From positions 141,360,001 to 141,424,000 of the forward strand of contig OZ024741.1 in NCBI GenBank assembly GCA_964016885.1: a stretch of 64,000 bases of DNA, given 5' to 3'. A program made the position numbers and the translations under genes. The stretch comes from Eledone cirrhosa (Eukaryota). Shown piece by piece: positions 53,947 to 64,000 of the stretch (the stretch's first letter is position 1; every line of letters begins with the position of its first letter). The notes beneath the pieces were generated by a model. That model saw only the letters and a program-made list of their open reading frames with translations, made no database searches and was not told the origin of the DNA.

Positions 53947-56940
53947 AGAAGAAGTTTATGAAATGGAAATGCGGGTATACAGAATTTATTAGGTAACAAT
54001 TGTTTCTATAGTGTATGGGTTACCTATACCTCGCTATTTGAATAATATAAAAATATTATCATAAACCGAAGGTACACTGTAAGCAAACACACCATGTCGT
54101 CACGCCATGTGGTTACACAACAGTTAGTTCACCATACCGAGACAATTGTTTCACCTTAGCTAACACGTCCCATGGATTGAGTGCTCTACCACTACGGATA
54201 TTACCTTCCAGTGTTCTACTACTATATATATATACAGAAAGAAATGGGGGAGATTCTACCCTAGTACTGAACCGGTATTTTATTTGTCAACCTCGAAAAG
54301 ATGAAAAGCAAAGATGACTTTAGTCATATTTGAACTCAGAGCGCCAAAATAAATATCGCAAATCATCTTGTCCGATATTCTAATAACTCTGCCCGTTCGC
54401 TATTTTTACTCGGTTAGGCTTTTTTCACTCGAAATATTGATGAAGTAATTCTTCCATTTGAACCCTGAACAGCGTGAAACATTCATTTTCTATAGTATAA
54501 CCACAGAAATTCCTAATTACTACCTGTAACTTAGTTTTTGCTTTATTTATAAAACTCGATTAATTATATTTCTCTAATGACACACCCTTGTAGAAATAAA
54601 GCATTTTGTCATTTCGTCGGGCATTATCATCTCCCATGAGAAATCATGGAATAGATTTCAATTTTAATGAACAACGAACGGATGATTTTCAGTTGTACAG
54701 TAGTTATTATAAAGGGAGAGGGGTTCACTGGAATTAATTTGTTCTAACTTATCACGTTCTTTATTGACTTGCCGTTCGCAAGGACAAAGGAGAAACGCAG
54801 AATACACGATGAAGTGCGTTCATGGATAAATAAAAGAAAAAGAAAAACAGAAAACAAAGGAGCTATAAAGAGGATACTGCTTGCGAAAATAATAGCAATA
54901 CCGCTAGGAATTAATTGTTAGATTGTTGAATGTGTCAACAATAATAACAGAATATGGCGAAAACAGTACAGTTTGGTGACACTGGCAACAGCAAAATTAT
55001 TATTTATTGTTATCATTATTATTATTATTATTTATATTGCGTGTTATCAATGCATTAGCGAGAACATTGTGATTTTTGCTGAGGGTATTTTTATTTTATC
55101 GAGAGTACTTTTCGTAATGTATGTGAAGTGCCACGTAGTGCTATTGTTTGTATCGCTGTATATAGGGTAGGTGGGAAGAAACTCCATATTTAAAATTGTT
55201 AATAACTATTAAGTATTGGGCGATTTTCATAAAACATGTTTTATTTTCAACAATATAATGGTATAGCATTAACATTTTTCTTAGGCACCAGCGATACTGA
55301 TTTTTTTAATCATTCTGCCATGCAGCGAGCACAAGATAAAACTTACTAGTTACCTAGAATATCACAACATTATTCGCATAACACATGAAGGCCCGAGTAA
55401 ATAATACAAAACACCACAAATTGACGAGGAAAATAATGTAGAACTATGTAAAAATATATTAACAGTATCATGTACCACTCTCATCTAACTAAACGAAACA
55501 ACAAATCAATGTACAAATAAGACATTGATACCATCGTCATCATTTCAATGATAAAGCATAATAAATTAAAACGCATGCAAAAGGCGTGGTGGTTCACTCA
55601 CGATCGTAAGTTGGTAAGTTCGTTTCCCGTACTGGGTGATGTGTTATTTCTCGTTGATCGTGTTCAGCCTTTTCATACAGTGTAACGTTGAATCTCTCTG
55701 AGAATCATGTTAAGAGTACATGTGCCTGTTGAATGCTCAGCCTCTTACATGAACAGACTCTTCTGTTCATTGAACATTGGTCGTCGATACTGGCAAGGTA
55801 TCAATACACATATAAATACAAGGGAGCATCATTTACTTGATCTGACTGATTTTATTTTTCTGCACCCACTGGTTTTTCCCGCAATCTGCTAGGAAACAGA
55901 ATCAACCAATATGACAGCGAGTGAAGCCTCAGAGCGGTGCATGAAATGTTGAAAATAGTAGCCAAATCTCCTTCAACGAAACCACATCACGATTAAAAAA
56001 AAGGTAGAAATATTGGATTGTGTAAGCATTGATATTGCTACCTTAACACAAGACGGTATTATCAAGACACGAATGCATTTTACAAGAGGCCTGCACAACC
56101 AATGCTGACCTACAACAAACGGTTTCTTGCATACATCTCTATCTTCCCAGATTCTACACCTAAGCGAACAATAAAATCTAGAACGTAAACCGTATACCTT
56201 TTTTTCAAACAAGATTTGTCTCGTTTTATTCTCTCTCAGCTCATTTCAGTTTCTTCATCCTAACTATCGTTTACTCTTCTTACCTCACTTCTACTCTGCT
56301 TCATTTCATCTACATTTCCTGTTTACATATCACCGCCTTTAACGTCACAACTACAACGACGAAAATTCCTATTATAATTTTTACATATAAAATAGAATGC
56401 GTAATGTTAACTGCATTTGAACCAGGAGTTTGTATTTAGATTGAACATTAAATAATTGCATCTACTATGAAAGAATAAACAATGCTACCCGATGTAGAAA
56501 AAGAAAAATTCTTATAGTAGACATTTCCTATATCCTTAATACCATCATGTTCACCCTATTGAAGACCTCATGTAAAACAACGGTTTTTTCCCTTTTAGTA
56601 CAGGCGTTTACTGTCATAATCTATCGGGAAACTATAAGACTTTGTGACGATTGCGTCATCGAGTAAGAGCAGAAAAGCAGAGTGATACGTAGAAGAACCT
56701 GATTGTCATTAAATGTGAAAGAGAATTCTCCACATCTTGAGCTAGGAAACTTCAAATCTTTGTATGTATACAAAGTGATATTTCTTCCAGACTAATCTTT
56801 GTCCAGATTAGCCGTATACCATATCTTGAATATTGGAATTGTTATTGAAGTCCCTTTGAAATCATTTTTATATTAAATAACCATACTATACTGTAGAACA
56901 AAACGCAAGTGGGAAAATATTTCGGAGATGCTAGTTCATA

Positions 56941-56988
<48 letters not shown>

Positions 56989-57191
56989 AGGCCTTTCGTT
57001 GTTCATGATTAATTATGAGCTTGCATCTGGAAGATTCTTCTCCAAGGCACCAGCTGGAGCAAGATGATTTGAAGAAGATGAGCAGTTAGCTAATGGTTGT
57101 GCGTGTATGCATACATGAAGTACAAAAACTTTGAATGCGTTTTATGAAATCTTTTCTCATCGTTGTTGATGTTGTGGATTTAAATTCATCC

Positions 57192-57226
<35 letters not shown>

Positions 57227-57661
57227 TATCTAAAACTTGACTTCCTAGATGGATTTATTGTTTTATGGTCCGTTTCCAATTAAGAATGTATTTTATAACA
57301 TTTTCCATGGTTACTCGGACTGTTCCATCTTGTAATGGTTGCATATACAGATATTTACATATTAAACAAAATTTCTTTTTGTTTTTGCGTTTTAATATTA
57401 TCTGCGTTTCATTGATTCTGAGATTAATATTCTATCCGTTACATTATATCAAATCTCGTCTGTATGTGATTGTTCCTCAATTGGAATAAACATTAATCTT
57501 TCCTTCGTCTACATTGCTACTGAACTAATTACATTCTGCGTCTGTTTGATTAGCCTCTTTGCCATTTCAATATTAGTGTTTTATTGTGTCTGCTTCAATG
57601 GTTACGACTACACAAAATACATACATACATACATACATATATATATGTAAATATACATATG

Positions 57662-57711
<50 letters not shown>

Positions 57712-58187
57712 TTCACACATATATATCTACACACACGCACACACACACACATCTATATATATATATATACATATATATATATGTGTGTGTGTGTGTGTGC
57801 GTGTGTGTTTATGCATGTATGTATATGAAAATGCTTAGGGACACTCTCTTTGCTGAAACATCATTGCTATGATGTAAGAAGATGTATATATTAACTTATA
57901 TATTGAAAACATTAAAAGTTAAACTCTGTCTCTTGCACGGTTGCTGGACACCAAGTTTCAATGATATTAAGTGGCTGGGATTAAAGCACTCCCCACTCAC
58001 TGGGCAAGATGACAGTCCATCACAGTTTTGGCCAACAGAATGATTCTGTTGATCAATTTCAAAACAAAGTAAAATTATTATTTTTTTTTTTTTTTCAACA
58101 ACACAAAGTGCCACCTGGTCGAAGAATCGAATCCAAGACATTACGACTATATGTGCAACACTCTAACAAATAGGTTTGTTTAAACAC

Positions 58188-58251
<64 letters not shown>

Positions 58252-58254
<3 letters not shown>

Positions 58255-58423
58255 CACCAGAGTAATCAATACGTTGGGTAGTAGAGTGGGTAATAGGAGC
58301 TTGAGCTTGAGCTCTATCGTCGGGGTCTTGAACATTTTCCTATTACTCACTATACTACACAACGTATTGAGTACTCTGGTGCGTTATGGTCCACCTGGTT
58401 CCTTACCACCCACACTCCCTTCG

Positions 58424-58424
<1 letters not shown>
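58252..58424. repeat. Fold-back copy of the 13.8-kb repeat (47-bp imperfect arms 58252-58298 / 58338-58384)
   Basis: Reverse-complement match by eye. Confidence 0.72.
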
Positions 58425-58515
<91 letters not shown>

Positions 58516-58953
58516 GTATTTGGAAACTTTACACATTCGCTCCGATCGAATTGTTTGTTTGCCAAGGGTATGGCATACATGCAAATATGTTGTCGAAGTA
58601 TTGATTCCTTTTCGTATTTGTATACGATGATGACTTTTATGTTCCACTGCACATGTCATACGTCAAGCTGTTTCTAAATATTTCCATGTGTGCTTGATAA
58701 ATAAATGTACACAGCGTCATCTAATGAGCATCTAGTAAATAAAAGTCGTCTCGATGAAATATAAATACATGTTGAGAATCATTTATCCAAAATGTTTCGA
58801 ACCGGAGGTGTTACAAATGGTGAATATTTGTATATATTGTATGCAAAATCTAAAAGGCGGGACAGGTAGGAGATGGAATTGATGCTTAAACATGCTATCC
58901 ATTCACATTTACAAATACACTTTATACATTTGCCCTGAAGGTGTATATATATA

Positions 58954-58993
<40 letters not shown>

Positions 58994-58998
<5 letters not shown>

Positions 58999-59222
58999 GT
59001 GAGGGTTTTTTTACAAAATGAAAAATAACCGAGGTGTCATACACGAGTGAAAGTATAAAGAAAAAGAGATGAAATCGAAAATGCAACTGGAGTCTTATTT
59101 TTTTTTTAAATATATATATTTATTTGGTTCCATTACCGGTTTCGCAGTTCTTCTGCTTTTCAAAAGGTGAGTTGAGATGAAGGGTCTGTGGTTTTTCTCA
59201 TGTGAGAAAAACCACAGACCCT
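58994..59222 (-). repeat. Solo Neptune-like pseudo-LTR with extended 3' tail, U3-A8 HHR (59130-59167) and 20-bp fold-back (59181-59222)
   Basis: Matches 1-135; AGGGTCTGTGGTTTTTCTCA-tg-TGAGAAAAACCACAGACCCT. Confidence 0.85.
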
Positions 59223-59225
59223 ATA

Positions 59226-60256
<1,031 letters not shown>

Positions 60257-60499
60257 TATATATATATATATGAGCTAAAAGTAGTTTTATGTTATATATA
60301 AACCAGAGGTAGTTATACACATTAAATATAGCCTAACATTTGCTTTGAGAATAGTTTTATATAAATTACATATACGATATCATTTCAACTCTAGAGGCAT
60401 TTTCGAATTTCAGATAAAGGCTTCTTAACTTTTATACAATATTTGTTCTCAACACAAAACCTCTTATTTCATTGAATGTGGCTTCTTATTTGTGACTCG

Positions 60500-60599
<100 letters not shown>

Positions 60600-60604
60600 A
60601 TATA

Positions 60605-63336
60605 GCGGCGATGAATTAGTTTTGCGAGGATTTTTATATGAAATCGTGTGTCGAAACAAATATTGTTATACTTGGGGAGGTTCATATTTGTGTAATATTG
60701 CCAGAATTAATAACAGAACACACTCACTGTTTGGTTGGTTTTCGCTTCTCGCTTCTGTGTCTTTTATATCGGTAATCTAACTTACTCGGTCCTCAATGTT
60801 GCCATTGACTGACCGACGGTCAAAAATAATACAGATACAATATAGACACAAACACATATATATAGTTTATAAATCTTTCGTTGCGCATCTGCAACATCGT
60901 CAGTGGTGTTATATCTTCCTCCTGTTGTACTGTATGTCTACGCTATTTTTATTCAGTCTGTCTATATATTTATTTATTTATTTGCTTGTTTGTTTATTTT
61001 ATTTTGTCTTCTTTGCGCATGCGTTTGCGTGTGTGTATAGTGTTTTGTTGACTAGTGTGTGTTTATGTGCTTGTTGTTATTGTGCTTGTGTATGTATTTA
61101 TTTATTTATTTATTTTATTTTATTTACTTATTTATACTTCTCTTAGGTCAGTGTTGTTTGTTTGGGTGTTGTTGTTATTCCATTCATTCTTTCTGTTTAG
61201 CTTTGGTCTTCTAATTTCTATTTCACAGGCCTCTCTGATTTGCCTATCTGCTGGGTCATTTCTATGTTTAGATATTATTCTAATTTCTATGTTGTCTATA
61301 TTACCGTCATGTTGTTGTCTAGCATGTTCGTATAGTACTGGCCCGTTTTTTCGTCCTTTTAGTTCCCCCCAGTGTTGGTCTATCCTTTCACCTATGCAAC
61401 GAGCTGTCTCACCTATGTATGTTGTTGTCATGTTTCTGCAAGTACCCTCTGTAGATCTTATGCTATAGACTACGTTTCTAGTTTTACAGTTTATCCGGGG
61501 GTTCACCTTACATATGATACATTTCCTATTAGTACAGTGGGTTTTCTTAAAAGGGTAGGTTTTGCTGATCAGGGATTTTATGGTTGTTCCTGGCTTTTCT
61601 ACCACCTCTATTTTTAAGTGGGTCTTTCTCAGGGCCTTTCTACACTGGTTAGCTAATTTCCCTCCAGGGGTGGCGTCCACAAACATGTCACTGTGGTATC
61701 TTTGGTTGTCGTACCATGAGGTGGCTTTCCCTATCTTATGTCTAGCCCTATCTAAGCTATTCCATGATTTGCTTCTGTATAATGGGCAAATTCCTTTCAT
61801 GTCCAGTTCTATGAGGGTCTTATACTTTTCCATGGCTCCTTCGTATACTCTGACTCTGTCTCTTTGGTTGTAGCCAGAGAACTGCATGCGGTTGATGAAG
61901 TGTTGGATGTGTCTTTCCATTTCTGTTGGGTCGCACATGCGGGACACATTCTTCATCACTCGTACCAAATCTGCGATCAGAATATTAAACTTAGCACTAC
62001 TGGACATTGCTGAGTTTTTGAGTATCAGGTATTTGGAGGCCATGGGTTTAGCATAGTGTGAGTGGAGAATTTGGGCTCTCTCGTCTATAGTGTTAATCCA
62101 GAGTTCTGTGTCTAATACAGGTAGTCTATTGTTAGGGTGTTTGGAAGGGAAGTCGATAGTTACAGTTATACTCTGGTGTATGGAATTAGCTATTTGCTGG
62201 ATGCTTTCCATCGTGCTACGTTCTAAATCAAACTTGTTAGTGCTCTCTAGTGGGGGTGTTCTTATAACTATATTGATATCGTCTACATAACGATAGTACA
62301 TGATGAGGTCTATGGAGCTTTCATTAAGGAGATCTTTAAGTCTCCTTTCCCACCATACCATGAGAAGGTTGGCAACATCACCAGCTATGCTGACGCCGAT
62401 GACTGTTCCCTCATTTTGGGTGTAGATTTTCTCGTTGAACTTAAATATGTGGCCCTTTAGGGTAGTTTTGATACTAGCCCCTATTGCATGTGCGACCATT
62501 TTTCTTACCTGATCATTGTTTTGGGGGGTCCGTATAGCTTTGGTCCACCCAATCCACCTTCCCATGGGAGTCTTTTTTGCCATTGAGGTTATGGTGGAGG
62601 GTCTACCTCTTATAGGTCTACTAGGGCAGAAACATCTAAGGTCATGGCTGTCTAGGTAGACAGTGTCGTAGGTAAGTCTAAGTAGGAGGCCCGGTTCGTC
62701 TGTGTCGACGTCGCAGAACTCCACCTCACTCTCAATGATCATCTCCACACATCTTTTCACAGCAAAATCAATGTTAATGGATGGGTACAGTGACACCACA
62801 TCCATGCTGCCTATTATGCAGTTGGATAGGCTCCTGTTTTTGTTGCACTCACTGATTCTGCTGAGGAGGTCCTCTGTACTGTCACATACATCTGGGGACA
62901 TCTTGATTATGGGGCGTATAACCATTGAGAGGAAGTAGGAGATCCTGTAGTTGCTAGCTATATTAGCTCCGCATACGGGTCTTGTTGGTGGTCCTGTTGT
63001 CGGGTCATCGACTGTCTTGTGGTCTTTGCGGAGCCCATACAAGGGTGGTATGCCATTGTTAGACGCCTGGAAGTTGTTGGCAGTGCGTCTGCTTGGCTTT
63101 AGGATGTCAGTCCACATCATCATGTGAGCGTTGAGGATTTTTTCTCTCCCATCGTGTTTTTGTTGTGCAATTTCGCTCGTCTTGGTGATGTGGGGTTGCA
63201 TAGCCTCGATGTAGTTCGGCATGCTATCTATTGACATCCTACCAGACTTATCCGTGGGTAGACACACTACCTCACCATCCCTTGTGCGCTGCTTGGGGCT
63301 AACCAAGCCTTCTACAGGTTTCCTCCCAAGTTGTTG
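60605..63336 (-). mobile_element. PLE (Naiad-like), slightly 5'-truncated, left arm of a fold-back
   Basis: Long ORF plus ~530-nt 3' UTR ending in (TA)n; related to but distinct from the 18-23 kb family. Confidence 0.92.
61132..63306 (-). CDS. PLE reverse transcriptase + C-terminal GIY-YIG endonuclease (724 aa uninterrupted; frame open to ~63336, true start missing)
   Basis: PTDKSG, LYGLRKDHK, PTRPVC, GSMDVVSLYPSI, GTVIGVSIAG, YRYVDD, LPVLD, CxxxxCxxC linker, VVY..YIGETAR..H..H..EA..LNRK. Confidence 0.92.
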   Translation of the reverse strand: MVSPKQRTRDGEVVCLPTDKSGRMSIDSMPNYIEAMQPHITKTSEIAQQKHDGREKILNAHMMMWTDILKPSRRTANNFQASNNGIPPLYGLRKDHKTVDDPTTGPPTRPVCGANIASNYRISYFLSMVIRPIIKMSPDVCDSTEDLLSRISECNKNRSLSNCIIGSMDVVSLYPSINIDFAVKRCVEMIIESEVEFCDVDTDEPGLLLRLTYDTVYLDSHDLRCFCPSRPIRGRPSTITSMAKKTPMGRWIGWTKAIRTPQNNDQVRKMVAHAIGASIKTTLKGHIFKFNEKIYTQNEGTVIGVSIAGDVANLLMVWWERRLKDLLNESSIDLIMYYRYVDDINIVIRTPPLESTNKFDLERSTMESIQQIANSIHQSITVTIDFPSKHPNNRLPVLDTELWINTIDERAQILHSHYAKPMASKYLILKNSAMSSSAKFNILIADLVRVMKNVSRMCDPTEMERHIQHFINRMQFSGYNQRDRVRVYEGAMEKYKTLIELDMKGICPLYRSKSWNSLDRARHKIGKATSWYDNQRYHSDMFVDATPGGKLANQCRKALRKTHLKIEVVEKPGTTIKSLISKTYPFKKTHCTNRKCIICKVNPRINCKTRNVVYSIRSTEGTCRNMTTTYIGETARCIGERIDQHWGELKGRKNGPVLYEHARQQHDGNIDNIEIRIISKHRNDPADRQIREACEIEIRRPKLNRKNEWNNNNTQTNNTDLREV

Positions 63337-64000
63337 GTAGAAAAGCTAGGAACCGCCATAAAATCCCTGATCAGCAAAACCTACCCTTTTAAGAAAACCC
63401 ACTGTACTAATAAGAAATGTATCATATGTAAGGTGAACCCCCGGATAAACTGTAAAACTAGAAACGTAGTCTATAGCATAAGATCTACAGAGGGTACTTG
63501 CAGAAACATGACAACAATATACATAGGTGAGACAGCTCGTAGCATAGGTGAAAGGATAGACCAACACTGGGGGGAACTAAAAGGACGAAAAAACGGGTCA
63601 GTACTATACGAACATGCTAGACAACAACATGACGGTAATATAGACAACATAGAAATTAGAATAATATCTAAACATAGAAATGACCCAGCAGATAGGCAAA
63701 TCAGAGAGGCCAGTGAAATAGAAATTAGAAGACCAAAGCTAAACAGAAAGAATGAATGGAATAACAACAACACCCAAACAAACAACACTGACCTAGGAGA
63801 AGTATAAATAAGTAAATAAAATAAAATAAATAAATAAATAAATACATACACAAGCACAATAACAACACGCACATAAACACACACTAGTCAACAAAACACT
63901 ATACACACACGCAAACGCATGCGCAAAGAAGACAAAATAAAATAAACAAACAAGCAAATAAATAAATAAATATATAGACAGACTGAATAAAAATAGCGTA
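63335..64000 (+). mobile_element. Inverted duplicate of the same PLE's 3' part (GIY-YIG ORF 63331-63807); runs off window
   Basis: Near-identical reverse complement of 60939-61604. Confidence 0.92.

Overview
AT-rich, microsatellite-saturated eukaryotic non-coding DNA. It is most consistent with a coleoid cephalopod (octopus-like) genome; this is inferred from the repeat types and was not verified by search. No host gene, rRNA, genuine tRNA or CRISPR array is supported, and most ORFs in the track are (TA)n/(CA)n artefacts. The window is a mosaic of transposable elements, many inserted in (TA)n tracts. Penelope-like elements (PLEs; RT + GIY-YIG) of three types are present: Neptune-like at 1-2965 and 44.5 kb, Nematis-like at 11.4-13.7 kb and 51.6-52.8 kb, and Naiad-like at 18.1-23.0 kb and 60.6-64 kb, the last with a 724-aa uninterrupted ORF. 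There are also RTE- and CR1-like LINE relics, two deleted mariner elements, a Tigger/pogo-like MITE, a Helitron end and many tRNA-derived SINEs. Reading the raw sequence shows two patterns the ORF track misses. (1) About 19 hammerhead-ribozyme (HHR)-like motifs, about 11 with intact catalytic cores, including U3-A8 covariant cores, large stem-II insertions and family-specific palindromic stem III. (2) A recurrent 'both 3-prime ends out' fold-back architecture (at least 8 cases, arms 20 bp to about 2 kb), in which one arm usually carries the full 3-prime tail and the other stops at an internal TA-like microhomology. Together they suggest an HHR-bearing PLE / retrozyme-like system that integrates by priming from both ends of a break in self-complementary (TA)n. 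All RNA structures were folded by eye and clade names are tentative.
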